From: Squalus acanthias
Lineage: Eukaryota
Direction of reading: 5' to 3'
NCBI GenBank assembly: GCA_030390025.1
Contig: CM059432.1
Span: 57,166,001-57,230,000 of the forward strand
Length of the DNA stretch: 64,000 bases
Part shown: positions 36,713 to 49,910 of the stretch, piece by piece
How the letters are laid out: each line of letters begins with the position of its first letter
How positions within the stretch are numbered: the first letter of the stretch is position 1
Program-made: the position numbers and the translations under genes
The notes under the pieces: generated by a model
What the model saw: only the letters and a program-made list of their open reading frames with translations
Databases searched by the model: none
What the model was told of the DNA's origin: nothing

Positions 36713-37540
36713 ATTATGGTCTTTCTGGGTGCATGAGTGCAGATGGACTGAATGGCCTCCTTCATCTGTAATTATCTTGTGAACATCTGCGTATCATTGG
36801 ATACCCTGTTGCTTTGGCTGACGTGACAGAAGATGTCACTTTTTTGAGGTCTATGGATTTTGCTATCTTCTTGGCAGACAAAGGCAGGATTGGTAAAGAT
36901 GAAGCAAAAGAAAGGCTTCCCTTCAAGTGTGGAGTGGTATATTAGATGGATTTGGTTCACTTCTTTGAGGAGTAGACCAGCTGAATCACTGCACACCTCA
37001 GCATCTTGCAAAATGCCACACTGGTCTCAAGCAGATACTGTATTGTTATTTGTAGGTTTAACAAATTTTTGCAGGATCTTGTCTCTCACATTCTATGTAA
37101 TCTGGGACAATGTGGCAAATGGCAGCAGTCTCACACAGACAGAATAAGCTGTATTCAATCCCACAAAACTTCTTATGGTCCCATTTTCTTATTCCCGGAA
37201 GTAATTTTCCAGGGCATGTACAAATGAGGGTGGCTTCATGTCAGACCACTGGGTGTAGTTTGAAGACAATCCACTCAGTGAGATCTGCCTATTGATTATA
37301 TTCTGTAGCTGGAAATCAGCCATACTAAGGCTGTTAAAGGCAAAGTGTGACAGATGGCTTGACTGTTGCAAGAACCACCGTACTGTTCAGCAGTGGGATA
37401 GCAATGCTCACCTGTTGCTTCTGCAGGCCAAGAGGCAAGCTGGATAAAGAGTAATCATGTTCACAGTTTGAATAATAAGGTGGCAGTCAAAATCTACCTT
37501 TATCTTTGTTGATTTTGCATAGAACTCAAGTCAAAATAAT

Positions 37541-38215
37541 GGCCCAGAATTTGCGGTTGGCGGTGAAGCGAAGGTGCTTGCCACTGGCCCTGAAGTACGC
37601 TTCGCGCAAGGACCTCGCGATCCCTGTGCCGAGAACTTCAGGTTTTCCAACATTCAATTCAAATCAACGGAGGTCGGTGGGGATCCCCTTGCACAAAGTG
37701 CTGTGGCGTCAACGAGCTGTCTAAACAGCCAATCAAAATGAAGAATTCTCAGGAACAGCAAGCAAGGAAGTGAGTAAGCTCTTAAAATTCTAACTTTTTA
37801 AAAATGTTAGAGAGACCAAAACAAAGATTGGGGCTCTCATGGGGAAAATATTATTTTTTATTAAAATGGACAAATTTCACAATGCATAATATTAAAATTC
37901 AGTCAATACGCTGTTAAAACCCAGTTATGCCTAATCTCTTTGGGTCTAACTTTTAGTAGGGAATTTAGCAGCGTAATTACTGTGGAAGAGCTGCAGTTTT
38001 CGTTGGTTTCCCTGATTTGGGTGATTACACAGATTGCCGGCTCTGTTGGTGGGGGGGAGGGGGTGCACAGCGCAGCCTATGTCAGAGCTGTGAATGACAG
38101 ACCACAACTTCAGGCTTTTCGCATGCGCCAAATCCCGAAGTTGTGGTCAGTTTCAAAGGTGGAATGATGGCGAACGCTGCCAGTTCACGGTCATCCTCAC
38201 CGCAAATTCCGGGCC
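37541..38215. mobile_element. Harbinger-type MITE (family A), opposite orientation
   Basis: TIRs ggcccagaatttgcggt / accgcaaattccgggcc; AAT on both sides. 38070-38190 is a reverse-complement homologue of 36000-36125. Confidence 0.88.
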
Positions 38216-40405
38216 AATATTTACATTAAATTACGGTCATGTGAATCTATTCACCAGGCCCTTTTGGGGGGCAAGTACTTTCATTTTCTCTGAGGTAAGA
38301 ACGGCACTATACCATTTTGACACGCTCTCAGAGCACATCTGTGAAATGTCTGATGAGCTGTTTACCTTTAGGGGTATTATCAATTTTAAATGAGTATCTG
38401 GGAGAACATTAGGATGCCCAAGAAAATGTCTCTCCATTGATTGAAACGTCACAAACTGGCTTAGAGTAAGCTGCTTTCAACCATAGAAGCTTTCTTGCCT
38501 GGTCTGAACTACCCTCCAATGGGAAGTCATATCATCGAACAGAGAAAATGGTCTAGCCCATGAGTAGGAGCTATATGTAATAACATATAAAATCCTAGGA
38601 TATTGGATTATGTCTCCTACAAACAGCAGACAACCCTCATACCAAGAGTTCCCCACAATGGCGCTCTCACTGCTTGGCCCTAGATTACGGCTGATCTTGA
38701 CTTCTGAATAGCATTTCATTCTAAGGGCAAGAAAACAATTAAAATCTCCACTTACTCTCGTTTAATGAAAATATAGGGAACAGCTGATGGAAACTGGCAC
38801 ATATCCATTCTCTTTACCTGTGGTCTCAGCCAATGTGATGTATATAGGAGAATCGGGATACCAACCTCCCGTTATTCCCACTTAAAGTCGCTGCTCTTTC
38901 ACTCACCGCACAGCTACTCATGCTCTATGTAAGGTCCTTCTGCAGAATAACTAGATAGCATAAAAGTGACAAATGTTAAATATTACACACAATTCAAAGA
39001 ATGGGAATTAGCATGGAGTAACTTAGAAAGGGAACCTTAGAAAAGTAGAAAATGTAACCCCGCTATTCAAGAAAGGAGGGAGAGAGAAAACAGGGAACTA
39101 CAGTCCAGTTAGCCTGACATTAGTCATTGGAAAATGCTGGAATACATTATTAAGGAAGTGGTAACAGGGCACTTATAAAATCATAATATGATTAGGCAGA
39201 GTCAACATGGTTTTATGAAAGGGAAATCGTGTTTAACAAATTTATTACAGTTTTTTTGAGGATGTAACTAGCAGGGTAGATAAAAGGGAAACAATGGATG
39301 TCGTCTATTTGGATTTCCAAAAGGCATTCGATAAGGTGCCATAAAAGGTTGCTATGCAAGATAAGGGCTCATGGGGTTGGGAGTAATATATTAGCATGGA
39401 TAGAGGATTGGTTAACGGACAGAAAATAGAGAGTAGGGATAAACGGGTCATTTTCAGGTTGGCAGGCTGTAACTAGTGGGGTGCCGCAAGGATCAGTGCT
39501 TAGGCCTCGGCTGTTTACATTCTATATTAATTACTTAGATGAAGGGACCGAGTGTAATGTATCCAAATTTGCTGGTGATACAAAGCTAGCTGTGAGGAGG
39601 ACACAAAGGGCTGAATTTTGCCGGCGCTCAGAGTGTGGGTTTGGAGGTGGGTCCGCTGTCAAAATCACAAAGATTGACAGTGGGTCGGTATCCCGCTGTA
39701 AACCCGCCTCCTTGTCAGATTCCCAAGTGTCGGGTCTGTCATCCCTGAACGGACCCGACACCAAGCGGCGGGTCAGCCAATTTAGATAGTTTAAAGCTTA
39801 TTAAAAGGTAGTTAAGAACCATTTCCCCATGTACTTACCATTTTACCAGGTTTTCAATGAGGTTCCCAGAGAGTGGCTATCATGTCAGGTAAGTATGCCT
39901 CAATGACTGTTGATTGCTGTGAATAGGTGAAAGCTGCAAAAGTGGTCTAAAACCTACCATTTCACAGCTGTTCACTTTCCAATCTTAGAAGCTGGAACAT
40001 TAATGATTTGGAACCCACTTTTGAGCTTTATGCACTTTTCAAGTGTTTGGAGTAATCTCTCTATCCACTGTCACCTCCTTGGACCAACCTATCTCAACAT
40101 TGACAGATTACTTCTGTCATCTCAACCTCACATGCCATCTATTCCATCAGCATCAGTGCCCTTGAAAAATTCTCACTTTGGTCCTCAGAATCCCACCACG
40201 ATCAGCCCCAACACCAGCATCACCGGGCATACCAGTAGCACCAACAGCCACACTAGCCTTCTCTGCAATCAACTGATGCTGCACTGGACACAGGGCATCA
40301 TCACCCGAGCACATTGCTGCCCGGGACGCCAGCGATGGCCTCACCATGTGCAGAGTTGCTTCATTTAACACTGAACACCCTGGCTGCCACATGATGCACA
40401 AGGTT

Positions 40406-43036
40406 AACATAGAAACATAGAAACATAGAAAATAGGAGCAGGAGTAGGCCATTCGGCCCCTCGAGCCTGTTCTGCCATTTAATGAGATCATGGCTGATCA
40501 TCCAAATTCAGTACCCTGTCCCTGCTTTCTCCCCATATCCCTTGATCCCTTTAGTCTTAAGAAATATATCTAACTCCTTCTTGAATATATTTAATGAATT
40601 GGACTCAACTGCCTTCTGTGGTAGAGAATTCCACAGGTTCACCACTCTCTGGGTGAAGAAATTCCTCCTCATCTCAGTCCTAAATGGCTTACCCCTTATC
40701 CTTAGACTGTGACCCCTGGTTCTGGACTCCCCCGCCATCGGGAACATCCTTCCTGCATCTAGTCTGTCTAGTCCTGTTAGAATTTTATAAGTTTCAATGA
40801 GATCCCCTCTCATTCTACTAAACTCTAGCGAATATAAGCCTAATCGACCCAATCTCTCTTCATACGTCATTCCTGCCATCCCAGGTATCAGTCTGGTGAA
40901 TCTTCGCTGCACTCCCTCCATGGCGAGAACATCCTTCCTCAGAAAACGCGACCAAAACTGCATACAATACTCAAGGTGTGGTCTCACCAAGGCCCTGTAC
41001 AACTGCAGCAAGACATCCTTGCTCCTGTACTCGAATCCTCTCGCTATGAAGGCCAACATACCATTTGCCTTCTTAACCGCCTGCTGCACCTGCATGCTTA
41101 CCTTCAGCGACTGGTACACAAGGACACCCAGGTCTCGTTGCACTTCCCCTTTTCCCAATCTATTGCTGTTCAGATAATAATCTGCCTTCCTGTTTTTGCC
41201 ACCAAAGTGGATAACCCTGCATTTATCCACATTATACTGCATCTGCCCAATCACCCAACCTGTCCAAATCATACTGGAGTTTCTCTGCATCCTCCTCACA
41301 GCACACACGCCCACCCAGCTTTGTGTCGTTTGCAAACTTGGAGATATTACATCTAGTTCCCTCATCTAGATCATTAATATATATTGTGAATAACTGGGGT
41401 CCTAGCACTGATCCCTGCTGTACCCCACTAGTCACTGCCTGCCACTCGGAAAAAGACCCGTTTATTCCAACTCTTTGCTTTCTGTCTGACAACCAGTTCT
41501 CTATCCAAGTCAGTACCTTACCCCCAATCCCATGTGCTTTAACTTTTCACACTAATCTCTTATGCGGGACCTTATCGAAAGCCTTCTGAAAGTCCAAATA
41601 CACCACATCCACTGGTTCTCCCTTATCTATTCTATCAGTTACATTCTCAGAAAATTCCAGTAGATTAGTCAAGCATGATTTACCTTTTGTAAATCCATGT
41701 TGACTTTGTCCGATCCTGTCACTGTTTTCCAAGTGCTCTGCTATTACATCTTTTATAATGGACTCTAGCATTTTCCCCAATACCAATTTCAAGCTTACCG
41801 GTCTATAATTCCCCCTTTTCTCTCGACCACTTTTTCTAAATAGTGGGGTTACATTAGCTACCCTCCAATCCATGGGAACTGTTCCAGAGTGTATAGAATT
41901 TTGGAAGCTGACCAGCAATGCATCTATTATTTCTAGGGCCACTTCCTTAAGTACCCTAGGATGTAAATTATCAGGCCCTGGGGATTTATCGGCCTTCAAT
42001 CCCGTCAATTTCCCTAACACCATTTCCCTACAAATACTGATTTCATTCAATTCCTCCCTCTCATTTGACCCTATGTTCCCTGACATCTCTGGGAGGTTAT
42101 TTTTGTCCTCTTTTGTGAAGACAGAACCAAAGTATGTATTTAATTGGTCTGCCATTTCTTTGTTCCCCATTATAATTTCCCCTGATTCTGACTGCAAGGG
42201 ACCTACGCTTGACTTCACCAATCTTTTTCTCTTCGCATATCTATAGAAGCTTTTACAGTCAGTTTTTATGTTCCCTGAAAGCTTACTCTCATAATCTATT
42301 TTCCCCCTCTTAATTAATCCCTTTGTCCTCCTTTGCTGAATTCTAAACTGCTCCCAATCCTCAGGTTTGCTGCTTTTTCTGGCCAATTTATATGTCCTCT
42401 CCTTGGATCTTATGCTATCTCTAATTTCCCTTGTTAACCACGATTGAGTCACCTTTTTTGTTTTATTTTTATGCCAAACAGGGATGAACAAATTCTGTAG
42501 TTCATCCATACGATCTTTAAATGTTTGCCATTGCCTATCCACTGTCAACCCTTTAAGTAACGTTCCCCAATCCATCCTAGCTAACTCGCGCCTCATACCA
42601 TCATAGTTTCCTTTATTTAAATTCAGGACCCTAGTCTCTGAGTCAACTACTTCACCCTCCATCTTAATGAAGAATTCTATCATATTATGATCGCTCCTCC
42701 CCAAGGGGCCTCGCACAACAAGATTGCTAATGAATCCTTTCTCATTACATAATACCCAGTCTAAGATGGCCTGATCTCTAGTTGGTTCCTCGACATATTG
42801 GTCCAGGAAACCATCCCGTATACACTCTAGGAATTCCTCCTCCACAGTATTGTTACTAATTTGGTTGGCCCAATCTATATGTAGATTAAAGTCACCCATG
42901 ATAACTGCTGTGCCCTTATTGCACGCGTCTCTAATTTCCCGTTTAATGCCATCCCCAACCTCAGCATTACTCTTTGGGGGTCTGTATACAACTCCCACTA
43001 ACGTTTTCTGCCCCTTGGTATTTCTCAGCTCTACCC
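40406..43036 (-). mobile_element. Relatively young CR1 (EN-RT) nested in the Harbinger element
   Basis: ORFs 41547..43058 (VYRPP, MGDFN, SDHN, NYRPVSL, DFQKAFD), 41232..41492 and 40508..41365; (aacatag)n tail at 40406-40430. Confidence 0.92.
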
Positions 43037-43479
43037 CACCACCCCACACCAGCACCATAAAGCATCCCTACAATATCCAAGCTATTCCTTTCACACTCAT
43101 CACCTTGGGAGGGGCGGGGGGGGGGGGGGGGCAGACATTATGTCTCACCATTCACTAGAACTCACTAACACACTTTCAAAGGTGCATACAAATCTGTCCA
43201 AGAAGGCAAAGTTTGACAACACATTAACAGAAAGTTTACATGACCATTGGCTAAAACACCCAAGTGCCTACCCTTGTGTGTTGTTAGTTGGTATGATTGG
43301 ACTAAGATGAGGGTGAGTGTGAGGGGTGGCTAGTGAGATGGAGAAGTGATAATGTAGATAGAGAGGGATGGGTGGAGGTGCAAGGTAAGTTGGTGTGTGT
43401 AAGGATGTGCAGGAATAGGGTTAGGAAGGCAGATTGATGGGGATGTGATGAATGGCACAGCAGGATGAGGTTGAGTGTG

Positions 43480-43735
43480 GCTTTGCAGTAATGTTTCGTG
43501 ATCTACCGAGATCATTGAAAGGTTTGCGCCACTGCAGCCTGGTCCTCCTGACAACATCCCTGCTTGTGCCCTCCTGTGCAATGTGCAACCAGGCTGCGTT
43601 GGTCTCCTGGGGAAGTCTCTTCTGCCCATTGGGAGGGAAGAGAACCTCCTTGCATGCTGTGACTCCCTCCATAAGCATATGGAGGGAGTCATGGGAGAGC
43701 CTGGATGCAGCCGTGCACCTCTGTGCAGTCATTGT
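43480..43735 (-). pseudogene. Harbinger Myb/SANT-like first exon remnant
   Basis: MTAQRCTAASRLSHDSLHMLMEGV...LFP...AWLHIAQE...RRTRLQWRKPFNDL follows the trihelix pattern (F-L-L...W..IA...RT..Q.RK.F.DL). Confidence 0.7.
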
Positions 43736-46049
43736 CAGTGTTTGCAGCACCTTAATGCTGTAGAACACTGACAGCACAACTGTCAAAATCAATTTTGACA
43801 TGGCCCCTTTAAGGAAACTGGCTGAAGACGTGTCATCAGATGATGTCATCAGACCCGCTTCCTTTTACTTGGCCAGGAACCTCACATGGCGGGCTTAACA
43901 AGCCCAATCAGGGCAAAATCATTTGGAGGAGGGGGGATGAAGACGGGTGCGGAGTTTGTGGCTGCTGTCTGCCCCAACCGCACCGGACTTGCCACAGCTG
44001 GCAAAATCACGGCCAAAGAGTCTGTAAAGGGATATAGACAGTTTTAAGTGCGTGGGCAATAAGATGGCAGATGGAGTATAATGTGGGGAAATGTGAGGTT
44101 ATTCACTTTGGTAGGAAGAATAGAAAAACAGAATATTTTTTAAATGGTGAAAAACTATGTTGCTGTTCAGAGAGATTTAGGTGTCCTCATACAGGAAACA
44201 CAGAAAGTTAGCATGCAGGTACAACAAGCAATTAGGAAGGCAAATGGCATGTTGGCCTTATTGCAAGGGGGTTGGAATACAAGAGTAAGGAAGTGTTACT
44301 ATAATTGTACAGGGCTTTGGTGAGACCACACCTGGAGTACTGTGCACCTTACCTGAGAAAGAACACCTTGGAGGCGATGCAATGAAGGTTTACTAGATTA
44401 ATCCTTAGGATGAGAGGGTTGTCCTATGTGGAGAAATTGAGTAGATTGGTCCTATATTCTTTGGAGTTTGGAAGAATGAGAGGTGATCTCATTGAAACAT
44501 ATAAGATTCTGAGGGGGTTTGATAGGGTTGATGCTGAGTGGTTGTTTAGAACTAGAAGGCATAGTCTCAGGATAAAGGGTCAGCCATTTAAGACTGAGAT
44601 GAGAAGGAATTTCTTCACAGAGGTTTGTGAATCTTTTGAATTCTCTACTCCAAAGGGCTGTGGATGCTTAATTGTTGAGTATGTTCAAGGCTGAGATCAA
44701 TAGATTTTTGGACTCTGGGGGATTCAAGGGATATGGAGATCAAGAGGGAAAGTAGAGTTGAGGTCAAAGATCAGCCATGATCTTATTGAATGGCAGAACA
44801 GGCTCGAGGGACCGTATGGCCTACTCCTGCTCCTAATTCTTATGTTCTTATGGAACTGTAACAAATAGTAGATGTGCTACATGCAATGTCCTGTCAATAT
44901 GATGAAGCTATTAAAGAAGCCACTAGTTGAATAGATCATAACTTGGCAGGAGAATAAGCTGATCGGACATATATGATACGCGAAAGTGTGATGGTTCTTA
45001 ACTTTTTAAATTAAGGCTTGATGAAGATGCCAATATGACTTTCCAAGTCTCATAATTTGCTTTAACTACAGTATATGGATTTTCACCTACATTTAAAGAA
45101 GAAAATTGCTCGCTATAAAGATGGGAAATCTCTTTCTTTGCTCGAGCCCCTATCATAAATGCCTCAGCAGAGATTCTAGACATGAGTATTCTAACTCGGC
45201 ATTATTTTTATGATAATTGAACTATTAGCCACTGCCGTTTTTAATAACCATTACAAAAGTACATAGAAATATACTGAAAAACTCATTTTATCGGGACGGC
45301 GTTTCTCTACACATCACCAATCCACTAATTATATTTCCAGTGCATGTAAAATTGATTTTGGTGGGCATTTTGTTCACCAAATTAATTTCTCTAATATAGA
45401 AGAGCTGTATTTGCAGCGTGTCATTCAATCCGAAATAGTTTCCCCTTTAAATAGCCCATTCAGCTTTATAACATTTAGCTATAAACATAACACTTTGATC
45501 TCGTGGAAATTTACGAAACAGCTTATTCCGAACTACGTAGGGGCGTCAATCAACCTATCTCCTGATTGCTGTTTTTGGACAAATGCCCTCAAGATAAGTA
45601 TTCTCCTATAAAGCTACTCCAAATAGTACCAAAATATATCCCTCAAATGATCTTTATGAATTCTGAAAAGAATCTTTATCACTAATTCAAGTCATGAGAG
45701 AAGTACGATAGCATTAGACTCCATGCGATCACAAGTCAGAGAGGACTTGTAGCCCCAAACTATGTACAATTAAATGGAATAGACTGCTTCCTGAATGTTC
45801 TTGGATACAACGGATACAGTCAGTTTCTGTCTGTTTCCCCTCAACTGCCTTTATCTTCTCATTGGCCAATACATCTGAGCACCACAGTTACATGCAGTCA
45901 CCAAATAGTAAAACACATGTTAACAATATGGACAATTATTAAATATCTTGTAAGGTATGTCACAATCAACATAACACGATTATATTCTATGTAAACGTGA
46001 CATCAAAAGGGAATCTCAGTGTCGACTGATCGTATTCAGAATGATCTAC

Positions 46050-46360
46050 TCAGCTCCCCCGGTGGCTCGTCGGTGAATTGCTGAGTCGCACAGACCAGGC
46101 TTGATCTCTGATCTGTGTGATTCGCTTTAGCTGATATCCACCAGGACGGTGTGGGAGCGCCACAGTTGACCTTAGCGTTCTTTGCTGAGAGGAAAATTGA
46201 CTGGGGTTCCTGCTCCTGATTCTTATCTAGTGACCCCTGCTGGAAGTGCATGGACATCTGGTGGGGACAGGATTGAACGTTGCTGTGATGATCTTCATGC
46301 TCAAATAACCCCTTGATATTGTTTAAGCTCACATGTTAAGAATGGCCGTGTAGCAAGATC
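46050..46360 (+). mobile_element. Old SINE-like repeat (decayed tRNA-like head)
   Basis: A-box-like ggtggctcgtcgg. The body (ggggttcctgctcctgat...agtgacccctgctggaag) resembles a repeat I recall from chondrichthyan genomes; family not determined. Confidence 0.45.
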
Positions 46361-47469
46361 CTGGAGGGTGTCCAACACCAATTTTCTCCCTTCTGAAATC
46401 ATACTCCAATAAGGAGTCGATGCCTTCAGAAGGGAGAAAATTGGTTGAAAAAACAATTGTTATTAATACAGTTACATTTAACTCCAAGCCCCATACAATT
46501 TCTGATTCTACGAAGAAACAAAGTTCCGAAAACTCAAGAAAATGAGAGATCCTATATAATGGTTCTTCGTGTGTGTTTGAAGGAAGTTCTTGATAAATTT
46601 TAAAATGATGTCCAGTTTCTGAGACAATGCATACATCCAATCATAAAATAGATTGTTGTAAGACTGCATGCTATCTTTAAGAACCGTTATAAGAACAGCA
46701 AGTTATAAATGGCTCTACCTTAACAGTCTGTTTCCATACATTTCTCAGTGCATCGTCACTGGCTATTTTAACATTGGAGGTATTTCATCTCCTCAAGAAA
46801 GGGTGAATAGAACGTAGGAAGTAATACAAAGAGAAAAACAAGTGAAGGGGAGATTGAAAAACAAAAATAATAGCGACAAAAGCAGCATGTGTGAAAAGCA
46901 GAAACAGTTTAAAAGATGAGAAGTAGAGAGCCAAGTAAGAAAATAAGGGGAAAAAGACAAAAAAAGGAGGTTGATCAATTGAGGAAAAAAGAGAGCACGA
47001 GATAGATGACAAAAAACAGAGGGAAAGACTAGAAGGGCGAGAATAATATACTTGTGTGTATGAAAGAGAGAGAATCTAACAAGTGAGTGAGAGAAAGGGC
47101 GGACAGGGCTTATATTGTTCACTTGGCCCGACTCCAAAACAGCTTTGGGGGAGGCTATAGAAAGTGTGCTCGCTGACAGCAGGAGCAAGGAACATTAAAA
47201 GAGCAGTATGTCATAAACATTATATATCTTTAGCTCACTTCAATAATTTGGTTCAATACTTTTCTCAGTGCATTATTACGTGCTAGTATACAGGAAAATA
47301 ACCAATGAAAAACAGAGCAAACTGTAGAGTATTAGAATGAAGTTTTGTGCTCTTCTTTCATTTGCACTTCTGGTCCTACAGAAAAGACACAGAATATATT
47401 GTAACTAAAATGTATATAGTTATAACCGATACATGAAAAGTGCAAAATGCAGTCTGCAATTCCCTCTCT

Positions 47470-47612
47470 ACCTCTTTCTTCCTTTAAAACCTACCTCTTT
47501 GACCAAGTTTTTGCCATCTGCCCTAATGTCTCCATATGTGGCTCGGTGTCAAATTTTGTTTGATAAAACTCCTGTGAAGCGCCTTGGGACGTTTCACTCT
47601 GTTAAAGTTGTT
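47470..47612 (+). mobile_element. L2-like 3' end fragment
   Basis: cctttaaaacctacctctttgaccaag...ctcctgtgaagcgccttgggacgttt; the tail resembles the SINE/L2 tails seen elsewhere in the window. Confidence 0.55.
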
Positions 47613-49719
47613 GCTGTTCTTGGAAACAGAATTTTGAAAATTGATCCTGGGGAGCGGACTGGTGGTCAGCCCATTCAATCTTTAACTGGAACAGGATGAA
47701 AGAGCTGCATTTTACATAACTCTTGCCTTAAAACAGCTCATTCCCTAATCCTGCCCGCGATATGTTTGAGGGGATCTGGGGCAACAGTCCATTAGGCACA
47801 TCTACCGCCCGAATCAACCTCCTCGCAACTAAGGTTGAGTTACGTATGAGGGGATCTGGGGCAACCGGTGCTCAGGACACACATACTGCCCGAATCACTG
47901 CAATTTGATGCTGGAGATGTAAAACGAAAAATATCAAATGAACCATTGATGCTTGCACAACCTACAACCCCGGCTGTGAATTTGCTGATTACCGGTGATC
48001 TTACTAATACAATTATAACTTCAAAAGCTAAGCTCTGCACCATGGATATCTAATAAAGTATATAATCAGACTTTGAACTTTGAAATTATATACAGCGTTG
48101 TACAAGGTGAAAATGTAGCCTATTCTTTACCATAGGATTTGTCCACGTTTGAAAAGAATTTGACGGTCATGATTTTTACAAAAGACCCTGGATTTTTAAT
48201 CCCAGACTTCCTCTCACCGTGTGTACATTGTCTCTTTTTAGTGAGGGTAATGGTTTTCTTATGTGATGGCGTGATGTGCTCCCCTTCGCTTCCGAAATAT
48301 TTTGTTTCGAGAAGTCTTCGCTAAAACCGGTAAGTGGTGGAGGTATACTTGCTCCCCGACTCAACCACATATTCAATTCCATCATAACATCTCGAATTAA
48401 AGCAACCTTTAAAAAAGGGGGCACTTTCAAGGAGAACGAGACTGAGTCAAGTCTTTAAGTCTCATTTGTTCTCTCACACCACTCATACCTTTCCCATCAA
48501 CCCCCCCAAGCAGTCTTGTATTCAATTGTCCTCATCCTAGAACTTGCACAGTCAAAACTTGCAGCGATTATTCTCTGTAAATGTGTCTTTTTGTTTTGCG
48601 GAGCTACAGGCTGAATCCAAGATGCTGGGCAGATCGCTTGCATTTATAAACTGTTTCACAGCAACTGTCCAGTGACGCGTAAATTTTCCAGCCGTTCTAT
48701 TGTGAATTGTAATATTCCCTCATAGAAAATATAATAATAATGAAACTAACTGCAGCCGTTCCCTCTACTCGGGTGCAATGTGAAACCGTGTGTAGGTCTT
48801 GAAAGGTATTAATAGCAGCTTTCCTGCCACCCTCAACTTCCTGGCTCTCATAATAATGATCAGAAAGGAGGCTCGGCAGCACTGTGATTGCAACACCTTC
48901 CACTAAATCCAATGTTAGTGGAACAAAAATGTTTCAAATTCTGCCTGTTACTGGGATCCCGATGAAATGGATCAAACGATTGTAAAAATAGATCTGAGGA
49001 ATACGAGTTTTTAAAGTGATTACTTTTGCGACCTCGGGCAAAACAAAACCAGAATAAACTCACGGTTCGGCCGGGTTTTGGCAATCCGAGTTATTTATCA
49101 GGCTTGGAAAGTCAAAGGATAAACAGTGTGAGAGAGGATTGCTTTCTGAACACAATAAAGAGGGGAGTCTTAGAACACCACACACACACACACACGAGTA
49201 GAGCAGTAAAGTGTATTTAATCCTTCGGCAGAGGCTGCGCATAGTCCAACGGCAATATTTTAACTTGACTTTGAAATGGTTACATTTACAGTAATCTTGC
49301 TGATCATACTTGTTAACTTTGGTCCATAGATATTTTCTGCGGACTCCGCTTAAATGAAGTGCAAGACGATATGGGAACAATCGTGCCTGGTGTCAGTGTG
49401 AGGTATGGTCCGGTTCCTGGATCAGATCATGCGGAACAATTGACTTTACAGCTTCATGGGTTGCTGCACCGAACAAACTCAGCGGAACAATTCATCTGAA
49501 ACTAAACAATTGCTTCCAACACAAGTTACTCTTTTAAAGTAACAACACAGAGCGTTGTGCTTTGAATGGTTGGCCGTATTAATGAGATAGTTTATTTTAA
49601 ATGAATATCTTGGTCGGTGGAGACGGCACCATTTTAATCTACAGTGCGCGTCCCAAATGGTTCTCGCCCCGGAGAAGCTGTTCAAGCCTGGCTGAAGTTT
49701 CACGGGCTAACGGGATTGT

Positions 49720-49910
49720 GCAGCCGCTGACTCAGCAGAGAGAAGGCTGACTCGGGCTGAGTATCTGACGTCCCTCCTCCTGTAACTCTTGATTTCCACG
49801 TAACTCACCCACGGTGTCTGTTTCTTCTCCTGCGGATGACGCACAGAAGGAAACCCCGCCCCGGAGCTGGTGCCTGCTGCTGCTTTTCAGGACCACCGAC
49901 AGTTCAGAAG
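49720..49910. promoter_or_regulatory. Candidate upstream regulatory cluster (MARE/AP-1 palindrome, CRE half-sites, GC box, RE1-like site)
   Basis: GCTGACTCAGC 49726-49736; TGACGT ~49766; TGACGC ~49837; CCCCGCCCC ~49854; TTCAGGACCACCGACAG 49886-49902. Motif matches only. Confidence 0.4.

Larger units (their letters stand above)
33830..36780 (+). mobile_element. Very old, internally deleted CR1 carrying nested insertions
   Basis: SGNH-like VVAHVG...NEWL (33900..34184), EN remnants ~34400-34930, RT C-terminal remnants 35240-35710, and 3' end aatggcctccttcatctgtaa at ~36750 after the MITE. Confidence 0.65.
39608..44014. mobile_element. Internally deleted Harbinger element with both TIRs and a Myb-like exon
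   Basis: TIRs gggctgaattttgcc / ggcaaaatcacggcc; AAA on both sides; the host CR1 rejoins exactly. Myb/SANT-like sequence on - at 43480-43735. Confidence 0.85.
39040..44852 (+). mobile_element. CR1 RT/3' portion split by a Harbinger element
   Basis: RT motifs 39050-39607 ([23 protein letters not shown]). The sequence resumes at 44015 (gagtctgtaaagggatatagac) through to the (ttcttatg) tail. Confidence 0.87.
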
